64,000 nucleotides of DNA, from the NCBI RefSeq assembly GCF_009914755.1, contig NC_060926.1. One strand, given 5' to 3'. This document shows positions 16,563 through 30,828 of the stretch, one piece after another (within the stretch, counting starts at the first letter, position 1; the number at the start of each line of letters is the position of its first letter). The stretch comes from the human T2T-CHM13v2.0 reference genome, Homo sapiens. Position numbers and translations under genes: made by a program. The notes beneath the pieces are model-generated. The model ran no database searches, had not been told where the DNA came from, and saw nothing but the letters and a program-made list of their open reading frames with translations.

Positions 16563-16926
16563 ATGGAATCCTATGCTACCATAAAAAAGAATGAAATCAG
16601 CCTCTTTGCAGCAACATGGATACAGTTGGAGGCCATTATCCTAAGTGAACTAATGCAGAAACAGAAAATCAAGTACTACGTGTTTTCACTTATACGCGGG
16701 AATGAAACATTGGGTACGTATGGACATAAAGATAGAAATAATAGACACTGGGGACTCCAAAAGCAGGGAGAGGTGGAGAGGGGTGAGAGTTGAAAAATTA
16801 CCTATTGGGCACAATGCTTACTATTTGGGTGATGGGTACACTAGAAGTTCAGTCCTCACCATTACACAATATACCCATGTAACAAACAAGTGCATGTAGC
16901 CTCTGAATCTAAAATAAAATTTTTAA
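15520..16926 (+). mobile_element. L1PB-type insertion with a 5' inversion (15520-~16109 minus, ~16110-16926 plus)
   Basis: Perfect 15-bp TSD AAATGTGTAACTTTG (15505-15519, 16927-16941) brackets both segments. The L1PB-type 3'UTR ends CTGAATCTAAAATAAA. Confidence 0.92.
16532..16561. repeat. (CA)n microsatellite in the L1 3'UTR
   Basis: Direct reading of ACACAC... tract. Confidence 0.95.
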
Positions 16927-18837
16927 AAATGTGTAACTTTGTGTGTAGACATCAGCTTGTGGATCTGGAGTAAAAAAAAAAACATAGTGTCAGTCCTTCA
17001 TTCAAAGGAGCTTTTATGTTGTACATTTTTATATGTTTTGTTGACTTATTTTTCTTTTTATTTATTTGTGAGAAAATACATACAGGATGAGGGATTAGGT
17101 ATTATGTTTTATTATATCATGATACAATAAAAAATTTTGAGAAACAAAAATAATCCCCAGAGAAAAATATAATCTTCAGTTTTCTGGCATTATACTTATC
17201 TTGCATTGGAAAAAAGACAATAGAGGAGATGATGGAAAGTTTATCATCTCTGTTTACCATTTGACTGCATTTCCATTTCGAATTTTGAGGTATATTACCT
17301 CTAACCTAATTGCAAATACTAATTTGTTCCATGATTTAAAATAAATATTGTTACCGTACTTGTAGAATGCTTCTGCATGTTCCTTACGACCTTTGCATCT
17401 TATTGATTGCATTGCTGGTTTCTATGGGAACAGAGTGGAGAAGTTAATTAAGATCAGGAGGTTCAAACTGAAGAAGAATAGAATTTTCAACACAGTTCAT
17501 TTATCATGTACATTTAAATTAGTTACTTTAATAAAATATCTATTGGAGTAGAATTGTGATGGCTGAATCGCCTTAATAAAAACAAATGATACATGTTAAA
17601 AGTTTAACTTCACTTATTTGTACTCAATTCATCCCATTAAGAAGCATTTTGGCTTTGGTAATCAAATTAACAGAAGTCATTAATAAAGGTTTCTGCATCT
17701 CAATACTGTTATTCTGAGACTTTTAGTATTGATTAGTATGTATTATGCATTATTCTTATTATTTATTAAGAATAAGCCTGAGGTTTCTATTAAGTTATTA
17801 TCTTCTATTTTCAAATGTACCCTTTCATTTCTGGCTTCATGATCCTCTGGCTGTGACTATGTAAACTATTTCTCATTTTCCAGTTGCTTTCTAGATTCTA
17901 TCTGCAGGGGGCAACAGGGAAAGTTTAGGAGGCAGGAGGGTGGAAGAAAAGACTTCTTTTCTGTTGACTTACTGTTTCTATCAGGATCTATTCAACAATG
18001 ACCATTCACCCAGAAGAACTAATGGGTTCCAGCCTCTGACACTCAAACTGTGACTAATTTGTTATATAATTTTCCATCTTTACATTACATTTTACATTAG
18101 AAATACCTAATGTATTTCTGCTTTTCGAGCTGATACAAGGCCACGATTGGTTTCACACGTAAAAGGTAGAGTGTTAGGTACCTTAAAAGAGAAGAAGGCC
18201 TATTTTTCCATTATAAAAAGATCAGGATATAAAGAAATGTAGGAAAAAAGATTATTCCTCAGACCCAGCATCCACATACTGCTTATGCTAACACTTTGCT
18301 TCTTTTCTTTACAGTATTTTTTGTACATAGGTACACACTTTTTTTTCAGAAACATGCACTATCATATTCTGCATCCGCTTTTATCTCCTTTACTTTTTTT
18401 TTGCCTTATATCAGTACGATGTTTTGTGTTTACATACTCCTCATAAACATCATTTGCATAGCTATGTAACATTCTGTAGGCTATTTTACTACTACTCGAT
18501 ATTTAGATATTTGGGTTGCTTTCAAATGGTTTGTAATTGTAAATGCTGTCATAAACACCTTTGCACACCAAGGTATTTTTTAAATATATTCAGACTTTTT
18601 TTTTCCCTTAGGATTTAAACCTTTGTTTTTATATTGTGCCAGTCTCTTAATGCAAAACCACAGCCCTCTTCAAAGTCTGCACACCCACAGATCTTTCTGG
18701 AATTTCTCAGAGGTTGTCTTTCACAGAACTCACAAAGCATTCTTCCACTTTCCTGTGCTTCTTTGTGTGTGTCTGTGTGTCTCCATATGTGTATTTTTCC
18801 TTATTCATTGTCCCTATATTAATATTATAGATAGTTG

Positions 18838-18843
<6 letters not shown>

Positions 18844-18876
<33 letters not shown>
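18844..18876. repeat. (AT)n microsatellite
   Basis: About 16 perfect AT units. Confidence 0.97.
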
Positions 18877-18880
<4 letters not shown>

Positions 18881-19811
18881 TTAGACTGCGTTAGGAGAGT
18901 TATCACACCACTCCTGCTCTGCTAAAATAAAATTCATATTTAATATATACTTAGCATTTAATTACACATATTAGTATATATATTAATACTGCTATGATAC
19001 AAAGTATTACTCTGCTGTGCAGTAGGAGAAATAAAAAGCAATCATAATGTTATATTTTTAATTATAAGACTATTTGGGTTATAAACTGAATAGTGATATT
19101 GAAATGGTCAATATGAACCAATCAGATGTTCAATATAAACCAGAATAAATCAATTAATGTCTTAGTTTTCATTTTTTTCACATGTATAATGGTATTATAC
19201 TTGTAACCACACTTACTTCAAAAGATATTACAAAAGTCAAATTGTATCTCTATGTCACTGTCCGTCTATGTCCATATTTATGTCTATACGTAAGTACACT
19301 GTATACCATGAAGCAAATGAAAATATAAAGCAGTCATTGCTATTTTTCTAAGCAATATAAAAGTTAAAACCCATAACCTTGTGTTTAAGAGAAACAGAAA
19401 CTTAATCCAATATGCTCAAAGAAGGTCTGGAGCAATCAGTTTTGGATTTCTATAAACATCTCATGTGCTGCATTTGTCTCAACTTAAGAGCCAAAGTTGT
19501 CTTCTGTTCCCATTTTCCCATTCTTCTTCTCTCAATTTCTTGGCACTTCAAATGGACTCTTTTACCTTTAAACAAATTCTAGCTAGTTTATAACGTGATG
19601 TATTAACCTCCAGTCGAAAGAGCTGCTCTTGGTTACATTTATGGTTTTCCAAAGGCCACAATATATTTGTTCAACTAGAATAATAGAACTAGCAGGAGGG
19701 AAGAACTTATTATTTGAAACAAGAACATTTTATTTTTGAAAGACAACTTCTAAAGTCATATGAGTAGCCTAATGCCCTTTGTAATTCAATTTCCTTCCAA
19801 TAAAAACATAA

Positions 19812-20020
19812 TAATTCAGCACTTGCAATATGCTCGGCACTGTGTTTTGAGCTAAGTGTGATCTCATTTGCACCACACAACAACAATGTAAGGTATTTAT
19901 TAATCTTGTTTTACAAAAGAGGAAACTGGGGATCAGAAAAGTTACAGAGCATTTCCAAGTTCATGCAAGGTGACAGAATCTGGATTTAAATGTCAGTTAG
20001 CCTGACCCAATAACCCATTT
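19812..20020 (-). mobile_element. MIR fragment
   Basis: ATCTCATTTGCACCACAC...TTTTACAAAAGAGGAAACTGGGGATCAGAAAAGTTA. Confidence 0.75.
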
Positions 20021-20477
20021 TCTTTCATGGGGATAATTATTATATTTTAAATAGCAGTAAGTAAGGATAAAGGCTCTTTTATGTGCCTGTCACTGCCGAG
20101 GCACTGAGTTTCAATGCAATAATTCTTGTAGAGCATATTTTAGAAATTTGCTCAAAATATAATTATAATTAAGTTGGACAATTTGATTACAAGCATGCAC
20201 TTGCCATAACTATGATATTTTTTATGGTTAAGAATTTCTTGGTACTTAATACTCTAAAGAAAAAATAACCTAGCTCCCAGCCTCCTAAAACCAGAATTCC
20301 TCAATTCTTACATTCTTGTCCTTTATCATCTTTATCAGGCCAATCAATATTGAAGGGTTATACCTTGAAAAAAGCTTCTGATACATTGTAGAGGAAACTT
20401 CATGTGTTGGAAATATATGAAAATATATTAAATTTATATATACTATATCCCTATGTTTATGCAGATTATTTGTCTAA

Positions 20478-20571
20478 ATATATATACACACACACACTAT
20501 ATATATATAATATATAAAAACTATATATATAAAATATATAAAAACTTTATATATATATATACATATATATA
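20478..20571. repeat. TA-rich compound microsatellite
   Basis: (TA)n, (CA)n and TATATAAAAAC units. Confidence 0.9.
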
Positions 20572-20671
20572 CCATTTTTCATTAAACACAGTGGCCAAAT
20601 ATTTTGGGTTCAGTTGTTTCCAGTGATACTTCAAATCTTCAAATGTTGGTCAGTGTTCCTCAGCTCCTCTA

Positions 20672-20984
<313 letters not shown>

Positions 20985-21235
20985 GCTCCTCTACTATTAA
21001 ATACATCTGCCCTTTCATCATGAAAGTACCTTAAATATTTAAATAATAGCGAACATAGAAGTTGACAAGAATCTATAAATTAAGAAAAGCTAAAGTGTAA
21101 ATACATGTGATACAATTTAACTATTGGGGTGCATCTTCTTATTCATTTACACTGACTTAGTAATACATGTTCCATCAAGAGTTTTGGAAGAACCTTTAGG
21201 AAACTTAGGCTGTTAAGTATCCCTCCATATTCATC

Positions 21236-21532
21236 TTTTTTTTTCTTTTGAGACGTAGTTTCACTCTTTGGCCCAGGCTGGAGTGGACTAGCGCAATCTC
21301 GGCTCACTGAAACCTCTGCCTCACCGGGTTCAAGCGATTCTCCTGCCTCAGCCTCCCAAGTAGCTGGGATTAGAGGCATGAACCACCGTGCCCGGCTAAT
21401 TTTTGTACTTTTAGTAGAGATGGGGTTTCACCATGTTGGCCAGGCTGGTCTCAAACTCCTGACCTCAGGTGCTTCACCCACCTCGGCCTCCCAAAGTGCT
21501 GGGATTACAGGCATGAGCCACCGCGCCCAGCC
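21236..21532 (-). mobile_element. AluSq/Sp-type SINE
   Basis: Full reverse-complement Alu. TSD CATATTCATCTTTTT / CATACTCATCTTTTT. Confidence 0.96.
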
Positions 21533-24303
21533 CATACTCATCTTTTTAGAAAAGTCGGAATTGGATTGGATTTGATATCTTTTCTAAATAATAAATTTTG
21601 TGCATCCAATTTTGGGCTCAATTTAGCCAATCATGCAGCTGATAATTGTCTACAAATAACATGACTATATTTGTCACTGAGCTGACCAAGTATTATGAAC
21701 ATAATGCTGACAGGTCTGAAAATGTTTCACTTGACTAATGTGGAAATAGGGTGAATTATTAAAAATATTCTCACTTAGAATTGACAGTGTATAACCACCT
21801 ATTAAATCTGAATATGTAGCACGTTTGTATATGAAACACTCAGATTTAATTAAATGGTTACATATCTTGAAACAATAGCCTGCCAACCAGGATTAAAGCT
21901 ATAAACTACCTGGAAAATGAAAAGCACAGTTTATCCCACCAATTCCAGAGTGGAAATCAGAAAACATAAAATATCAGGAGAAAGCTTGTAAATTTCTTAT
22001 ATTCTGTTGCTTTATAACTACAAGAAAATCTGGACTGTTCACTCGCTAAAAGTGAATTATGTATTGGGTCACATTCTGGGGTCATTAGAATTATACAAGT
22101 TAGAATTAAGGTCTCATGTGATACTGAATGTTCATGCTTTTAACCTGAGAGTGACATGTTCTAAGGTTTATTTGGTGATATTAGGGGCACATGTATGTTT
22201 ACCAAACTTGATTCTAGTACCTTTCAAAAGAATTCCCTTGAAAATAACTTGCTAGGAGCCTATGTTAGCTTTCAATTTTTGTGGATCTTAAGATATATGC
22301 CACCTAATACAAAAGTTACTATAAAACTCACAGTCTCCCTAAAACTTTTATTCTACTTCTTTCTTCTATTAAGAGCAAGGGATTATAGCAGGTATGTAAA
22401 AAAAAACTTGGAGTGAGTAGGCTTGAGAGACAAATAATGGTAATTGTGTGTAAATGGTAGAGGAGGGTAGGAAATGTAGAAAAACTAGCACTTTCTTTAG
22501 CTGGCTTCCTCTTTAAATATTGCTGCATATATGTGCATTTCAGGAGCATGCATTGAGAAAGCACACTAAAGTTTTGATCATTCTTGCAGTGAAAGCCTTT
22601 ACCTTGGCTAATTTTATGTTAACATTTTTATTAGAGAATTTTGCACCTTCAATTAATCGGTGGTTTTTTGTTTTGCCTGTATTTTTTTTCTTTTCCTGCA
22701 GTTCCTTTCAAAACCAAAGAGCAAGGATTCTCCCAGATGTACCCCCAGTCTTGACCTTCTTATGTGCTATAGGAATTTCCTTTTTGAGTGACTGAGGCTT
22801 GGCAGTAATATAACAATGGCTCTGCTGGCCCTGTCAGACCTCTGCAAGGATATCAGCCTTTTATATTTATTCTAGTCTGGGAGATGATTTCCTGTATTGG
22901 GTAGAGGGCACTGGTATTACTTTAAATAGAATTTCCTATCTGCTTTTTCTCCCCACCACCTCATCACTCTTAAAATGACTGCCAAAATTGTTCCTGCTCT
23001 ATTTTAAGTCAACACCATTTGACCCTTTGCTTTACTGGAAGTGCTTTCTAACTCCTAAGCTGTAAGGATTGTACTGTTTGCTGTTTGCCTATTTTAAACT
23101 TTCTGGTAGTGTAGTCTGTTTGGGTAAACTCTGAAATCCTGGTCATTTTCCTGACAACGTTTTAACTGCCTCAGTGCATTCTCATCCCAAATATTGTATC
23201 AAGCACTAAAATATTATTTATCAATAATTGAATGGAATTGCAGTTTGAATTCCTTAGAAACTCTGAACAGAGTAAATCTTAACCTGTTTGAGGGGATGGA
23301 GACAGTTTTCATACAAACTTTTTTGGATAACATTTCTTAATTAACTCATTTCTGCTCAACTCTTCTCCCTTGGGGAAAATGTGTTTTTACGTAGAGGAGG
23401 CAAGTTGTGTCAAGCACATCAGTGGCTGCTACAGTGCTTGATTTCTCCCCACAACTAGGAATCACTAGAAGCTTTCTATGTTTGCACCTCCAGACCCAAA
23501 CTTTTTGTCCCCAGAAACCATTAGATCCAAGGGTAGACCCAAGACTATCTCCCACAAATTCCACAGGTGGCATGGAAAATTTTAAAAAGTGTGGGTTTGA
23601 GTTATGCTATGAGCAAGTTTCACAAACTCTACTGCTGGGGCTCTTAAGCTTCCCTGATTTCTGCCCTGCCCAATCAAATTTTACTTTGATTTTCTTATGT
23701 ACCCTGGAATCTTCCCACTGCATTCCTCTTTTCATTTATTTGTTTAAGTGTTCAAACCAGCCAGAGTCAGTTTCTTTTGCTTGAAACTAAATGAACTAAC
23801 ACAGAAGGATTGAGAGAGAAAAAATATTGAATCAAAAGATAAGGAGGACAAAGAAAATTAGAAAATTTTGGCACTTTTGTTGGAGATGATAATGGGAGTA
23901 GGGTAGAAATAATTATAGTCCTCTATAAAGGAATCTGAGATGCTGAAGGAACTCCTCAAGGTAGGTGAAAAGAGATAGAAGGATGGTCCTCAGAAAGCAT
24001 GCTTATTATAAATAAATGGTAAATGGAAGATTTTGGACAAGAAGTTGGGATAGGTGGACTCTGGCCATGAGCTAAAATGAATTTTGAACTGTCCTCTGAA
24101 ATATCTACTTGTCTTTCCCACACCTACCTAAAGGGCCTAGCTAAATAGAAAAAAAAAAGTCTGAAAATGAAGGAAATTGAATTTGCCCCTAAAGATGTCT
24201 CTGAAAATGTTTATCTCTTGGTCTGGGTGGTAATTTATCAAGTTACATAAGTGTATAAAAATTGAATGAGCTATAATATAAGATTTAGGCTCTTTACCTA
24301 TAT

Positions 24304-24372
24304 TAAAGAAGGAGGAGGATAAAGAGGGGGAGAAGAAGGAGGAGAAGAAAGAAAAGCAGAAGAGAGGGAGGG
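24304..24372. repeat. GA-rich low-complexity tract
   Basis: Purine run AAGGAGGAGG...AGAGAGGGAGGG. Confidence 0.85.
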
Positions 24373-24964
24373 TCTTATTTGCTCCTAACCTGGCCTGCTC
24401 TGAACTTTCCAGAAGTACAGAGGATAACTAGAATGCCCCCCACCTCCACCCCACCTATTTAGTAACCTAAATAATAGTACAAGGGAAAGTAGACATCAAC
24501 ACAACACAGATGTCATGTAGGTAAGGATGGTTTAGGGCAGCTAAAACCATGCTGAAAGCTGCCCAGCATCATTCAACAAAGATCACATTTGATGTGCTCA
24601 GTTTCTATCTTCTTTGTAGAATTATGCTTCCTATTTTATATATGGAAAATGCATTGATTTTTAAGACACATAATTATTTTATATACCACTTAGAAAAACA
24701 ACACTGTCAATTATCAATTTACCACAGATTTTTAAAATAATTACTTGAGAGTCTTTTAGATTTATTCTGAAATCTTTTCCAATGCATCACTCACTTTTAT
24801 GCATATCTAGAAAAGAAAAAAATGTTATACTTATTATAATTTATCATGAATATATAATAAATGGTTACGGTGTTATAAAAATGTGGAATAAGATGTGACA
24901 GGTAATCCTTCTACATATACAAAATGTAACATAACTTCTTGTACTTATATAAGTCTTCTTTGAG

Positions 24965-25133
24965 TAGTCTTAGCACTTACATTGTGTTCCATGGGCTGAC
25001 AGCATGGACAACATTTGGAAGCTTGTGAGAAATTTATAATCTCAGGACCCAATCCAGACTTAGTGAATCAGAGTCTGCATTTTAAGGAAGTTCCCAGGTG
25101 ATGCTTAAGTGAGCTAAATTTGGAAAAACATTG
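24965..25133. mobile_element. MER5-type hAT-Charlie MITE
   Basis: AATCTCAGGACCCAATCCAGACTTAGTGAATCAGAGTCTGCATTTTAA...CCCAGGTGAT. Confidence 0.8.
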
Positions 25134-25779
25134 TTGCAAAGCATTTGATTGTTGCTTTGCAAAAAAAAAAATATATATAGAATAACGGTCATTCCTCTAA
25201 TAAAAAGGAATTTGTTTGCTTAGTATAAAATTTACAAAACATCATTTTCTTTAAGTGTATTCCTGTGAACATAGTAAGTTTTTTTTAATGCCAACTCACA
25301 GAACAAGAATTTTGGAAGATATTTTAAAGAACGACTAAACTAAATATATACAGTAGAAACAATGAAGCAAATTCCATTGTAATAATGACAACCTGAAGAA
25401 AATGTCCAAATTTACAAATGCATAGACCATGGCAGTTAATGTCATTTGCCCACAGTAATTGTAATGTACTATCTATTGCATAATGCACACTAATGTTAGG
25501 AATGCCCAGATTTTTTTTAATTCATGCCTTAGAATGAAATTTAGATATTTTTAACAATCCCAAGTGTGAAAAAGCATCCTGTTAGCAAGAAGAATCTGTT
25601 GACCTTGGCTTCAGTCCTGTGAGATTTTCCTTTGTTAGAAAGTGGTGATAAAGTTGCAGTTCCTTCGTTCAAATTACATCAGTTTTTTCTGGGAAAACTA
25701 GAAGAAACAGTGAGGAAGAGATATTTTTAAAAAATATTAGAATAGAGATTGAAACAAATGGAGCATCATCTACATTTAA

Positions 25780-26090
<311 letters not shown>

Positions 26091-26519
26091 TGAGATCATA
26101 TTTAAAGAACTGTGATTGGAGGATATACCCACTAGGCACTGAGTACAGATAGGACTGAAAAGCTTCTGGGAATATTTAGTATTCTGGAAAATGAGGAGAA
26201 ACCAGCAAAGTAGACCAAGAGGGAGAGTGCTACGAAGTAGGGGAGAACAAAGCAACAGTGGGTTTCTGAATTTCAAAGGGAAAAAAGCAGGCTTCAGAAA
26301 TAACACAAGGCATTGTCTACTGATACCCAACACCATCCCATCCCCCTAATCTTTTCCCTATAATAAAACTGAAAACCTGGAAGGAGCATTTTGCAGAATC
26401 CTTTACCAGCAGAGATCTATTTTACTTTACATCTCTGAAAAACATTCACTCATTCATCAAAGATGAAATAGAAAGAATAGCTATTAGATTCCAAGAGCAG
26501 TGGCCACTTGGATGTACAA

Positions 26520-26836
26520 AAGTGGTCCCCAACCTTTTTGGCCCCAGGGACCAGTTTAGTGGAAGACAATTTTTCCATGGATGAAGGTGGTGGGGGAATG
26601 GATTAGATTCTCATAAGGAGCGTCCAACCTGGATCCCTTGCAGGTTCAGTTCACACTAGGGTTCATGCTCCTATGAGAATCTAATGCCACTGCTGATCTG
26701 ACAGGAGGTGGAGCTCAGGCGGTAATACTCACTGGCCAGCCGCTCACCTCCTGCTGTGTGGTTCGGTTCCTAAGAGCCCACAGATCAGTATGTGTGTGTA
26801 GGGGGGCGGGACGGGGGTCACAGTTGGGGAAACCTG
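26520..26836 (-). mobile_element. MER1B hAT-Charlie MITE
   Basis: GGTCCCCAACCTTTTTGG...GCTCCTATGAGAATCTAATGCC. 8-bp TSD ATGTACAA/GTGTACAA. Confidence 0.9.
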
Positions 26837-27129
26837 GTGTACAAGAATGAGCTTTGCAGTGATTTCAATGTGAAGTCCTATTAATTATTTTTATTGTTTC
26901 TAAAATTATTACAAAGCTGAGAGGAAGCTGAGTTAATTGTTTGAGGTTTCAGGCAATTCTGGACTTTTCTGATTTCTTTGAGGCCAACTGTAGTTCCCTC
27001 AACCCTACCAATGGTTTCGTAGACATAAATTTAATTCTGTAAAATCTCTTCCTGCTGAAAAACTGACAATAGTTTCTGTTTTCCTGCTTAAACCCGAAAT
27101 GATATAAAGGCAGAATAATCAACTCTTGT

Positions 27130-29250
27130 CAATTGCCGCTACTAAATCGGTAAGATAAAGACTGAGTATACACCATCAAATTTACAATGTTGATGCCATT
27201 GATGATCTCGTTGTGACCATTTTCATTGGAATACTATGGAGAAAACATTCTTTGCATGACTTCTATGGAAATGGGAGGATAAAAACCAATTTTGATGAGT
27301 TTTTTATAAAGCAGGGGTCTCCAAGCTGGGGGCAATGAACTGGTACTGGTCTGTGGCTTGTTAGGAACCGGGCTGCACAGCAGGAGATGAGTGGCTGGTG
27401 AGTGAGCATTACCACCTGAACTCTGCCTCCTGTCAGATCAGCAGTGGCATTAGATTCTCATAGAAGCTCAAACCCTATTGTGAACTGTGCATGCAAGGGA
27501 CCTAGGTTACACGCTTCTTATGAGACTCTGACTAATGTCTGATGATCTAAGGTGGAACAGTTTCCTCTCAAAACCATCCCCCCAACCACCCTCCCCCTTG
27601 TCCATGGAAAAATTGTCGTCCACGAAACAGTCCCTGGTGCCAAAAACACTGGGGACTGCTGCTGTACCGGGAAGAATATAATTGCTAATTGGAAGATAAT
27701 GTGGAGTTAGAGGAACATTTTTTGTAGCGGTTATTGTTATTTAAAAGAAACATTAGAACATGTAGGTAATAAGCCAATGTATATAATCCAATAGAGAGGA
27801 GAAACGTACTGATGTCAGAAGGAGAGGGACAGTTGTAAGAAAATACTTTAACAGGAGGGAGATGAGATTGTATGAACAAATGAAGAAGACAGTTCATGGA
27901 CAAATGAAGACTGAAGTCCAAGAACAGTGCATTCAACTTACAGGAGGACAGGTATAGTACATGAGCACCAACACAGCGGGTTTGGTAGATTTGGTAGTGG
28001 GGGCATGTTGAAACTCTTCTGATTGTTTCTGTTGTGTTAATGAAATGAGATGTAACTTCATCAGCTGAAGATGAGGAGAAAAAAAGGTGTTTAAGGCTTG
28101 AGAAAGAAGGAGGACGTGTAAAATAGTCATCTTGGGGAATGGTAGAGTGAATGGACATAAGAAATGTATCTGGATTGAAGAGTGATACTAAGGCTCTGTT
28201 CAGGATAGGAGTCATGAATTAAAGAGAAACATGTTGACGTGTTTGTGTGTTTTTCTCCCAAAATTTCAGCTGCTCTGATATAGAGTTAAAATAGACAGAT
28301 AAATGAACTTAACTGGGGATACCTTTAGCAGCTGAGTTTAAGAAAGGAAAAAAAGGGGCAAGGGATCAATGTGTTGGAAAACAAGTGGTGATAGTAATGG
28401 TTTATGGAACATAAGCTACATAACAAAGGGATTGAGGATATCAGGGGAGGAAGGGTCTAGTGAAAGAAGGCAAGGTCAACTCACAGAAACTCGTGATATG
28501 GCAAAAGAATTACTGGAGTTGGGATAATGGCAGAAAACACAGGGACTGTTGACTAGAGATGTACTGCTATATACGGAGGCTGTGAAAAAGTGACAGTTAT
28601 TGGAAATAGCAAGAGCATTGTTACGGTAGTGGGTATCTACGGTGATGAGTACTACACAGTTATTGAAGACATGTATGTTATGAGTTGATAAGCCAGAATA
28701 TTGGGTAGATCACTTTTGTGAATGTAGAAATCACTAAGGATCAGTAGTGATGTTACTAGTATGAAGTGCAAGAGAATGATCTGGCACTGAAATGTTCAAT
28801 AAATCAGATAACGATTATGAGGAAAGCAGATGATTGCCATTTGGAAATATAGTGTGACATTAGTGTGATAATTGTGTTTCAACATAATTGGAATTTCAGG
28901 GAGGCTAAAGGAGATAGCGCTTGGAAAAAACTATGAGGATCAAAAAGGAGATCAACCCTACCTCTAGGACTAGTTGTACCTGGAATGGTAAGAGAGAGAA
29001 AAAAAAATCATCCATTTGAGAGGGTTACAGAAGTATCAGGGTTCTCAGGAGAGAGCCTAGTTCAGAAGCACAGTTGAGGCTAGTGTGGGATTATAATGGA
29101 TGGGAGATTGAAACAGAACAGGACATATACAAAAGAGCTCAGATAATGAGAGATAATATGAGAATATTGGGTGTGATAAACAGTAACAGAAGATACACAC
29201 CTCACATAACAGCTGATGGTCCCAAGACAGATGATAATCATGGGGAGGCC
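27130..29250 (-). mobile_element. Degenerate L2 ORF2 remnant (boundaries approximate)
   Basis: ORF 27685-28215(-) contains SADEVTSHFINTTETIRR, which resembles the L2 ORF2 motif SADDxASYFxEKIEAIRRE. The plus strand is purine-rich, as expected of antisense L2. Confidence 0.6.
27312..27661 (+). mobile_element. MER1B hAT-Charlie MITE
   Basis: CAGGGGTCTCCAA...CTCCTGTCAGATCAGCAGTGGCATTAGATTCTCATA...GGGGACTGCTG. Confidence 0.9.
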
Positions 29251-30433
29251 AAGGGGTTGTGAATGTTGGGGGAAGAAAATGGGGATGGTGGTGGACTCTT
29301 GATATAAGACCTGAAACCCTGTGAGTTCCTTCTTAAATCACAGTAATGGGGTTGTAAGTCCTGGCAGAGAAGAGGTGTCACCAAGAAACTTAGGAAGGTC
29401 TTTGGCTGTTCTGCTAGTAGAGATATTTAGGCCAGAGAACTGGTGTTTCTTGGCTGCCTTAAAAGTTGTATTATTTTTTCTCATCTTCAAGGTATTAATA
29501 GTATTTCTATCTATTCCATTGGCTAGAATCATGCAATGCAAGGGGTAATCATTGAGTTAATACCTAATTGTTGGAAATCTCTGTCAGTTTAATTTTGGCA
29601 AAACTCACAGAATGGTAGCAAATTACAGTAAAAGAAATGTTATAATTGCTAAAATGAAAAATAGAAATATCCATTGTTTTTGGAGTTCAATATTTCATAA
29701 TGTTTATATGACATGATTTTTTAAATCAAAAGAAAACAATAAGTTCAATCGTTTGAGTTAAAGTGCTACATAAACTTTGTATATGTCCATCTCAGCTACA
29801 GATAACTATATTCTAGTTCCAGAAAAATATACAAATTTGTTTACTTGTTGCAAATCATTAAATGTTTGTTATGCCAGGAACTGTGCTAAATTTTACAGAC
29901 AAAATGATAAAAATATAGAGCCTCTGACTTCAATAAGTTTATAATTTAGCAGAGTCATATAGGCAAATGCTAAATTACAATTCAATATGACACTTATTAT
30001 GATAGAGTTATAACAGCAGAAGAGATAAAGAAGCCTTTTATTTGGGGGGAAGTCTTGAGAAATTAACAAAGATTTTTGCCTGAATATTTGTTCAAATTTT
30101 TATAGTATAGACTGGAAAGCATAGAACCTCAAGTTTCCCTTTACATTTCCTTTTTAAAGATGGGATATTTTGCAAGTCTCTACTTCCTATTCCCTCCACT
30201 TTCTTAGCTCTTCAGTCAATAGTTGAGCAAGTATTTTTAGCCGCAAAATGCAACTTTCCAAGCCTCACCACCATATCATCTCTCACAGAAGGAAAGAAGA
30301 AAAAATGATTCTTTACCTTTTTCTTTTCCATCTTCCAAAATACTACCCGACCTCCGCTCCATTTGGGTTGGAAGAGGTGTTTGTTTGTTTGTTTTTTTGT
30401 TTGTTTGTTTTCAGATATTTGCATTGTGCTGAC

Positions 30434-30797
30434 TATATTAGTCCATCTTCACACTGCTGATAAAGACACACACAAGACTGGGTAATTTTTAAAGAAAAAG
30501 AGGTTTAATGGACTCACTTCCACATGGCTGGGGAGGCCTCACAATCATGGTGGAAGGAGAAAGGCACATCTTACATCTTACATGGCAGCAGACAAGAAAG
30601 AATGAGAGCCAAGAGAAAGGGGAAACCCCTTATAAAACCATCAGATCTTGTGAGACTTATTCACTACCATGAGAACAGTATGAGGGAAACCGCCCCCATC
30701 ATTCAATTATTTCCCACTGGGTCCCTCCCACAATATGTGGGAATTATTGGAGCTACAATTCAAGATGTATGGGTGGGGACACAGCCAAATCAGATCA
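30434..30797 (-). mobile_element. THE1C-like solo LTR (MaLR)
   Basis: GCTGATAAAGAC...GAGGCCTCACAATCATGG...GGGTGGGGACACAGCCAAA. 5-bp TSD CTGAC/GTGAC. Confidence 0.92.
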
Positions 30798-30828
30798 GTG
30801 ACCTTGATGTGTTCCCTGTGTAAGAAGT

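Noticed and set aside
22680-22795. Strong polypyrimidine acceptor TTTTTTTTCTTTTCCTGCAG at 22700
   Set aside because: There is no convincing downstream donor or recognisable coding frame, and isolated acceptors are common in AT-rich DNA.
25134-25162. 10-bp inverted repeat TTGCAAAGCA/TGCTTTGCAA
   Set aside because: A few such short hairpins are expected by chance in 64 kb of AT-rich DNA.
27685-28215. 176-aa ORF, the longest non-L1 ORF
   Set aside because: It carries an L2 ORF2-like motif and lies in degenerate L2 sequence.
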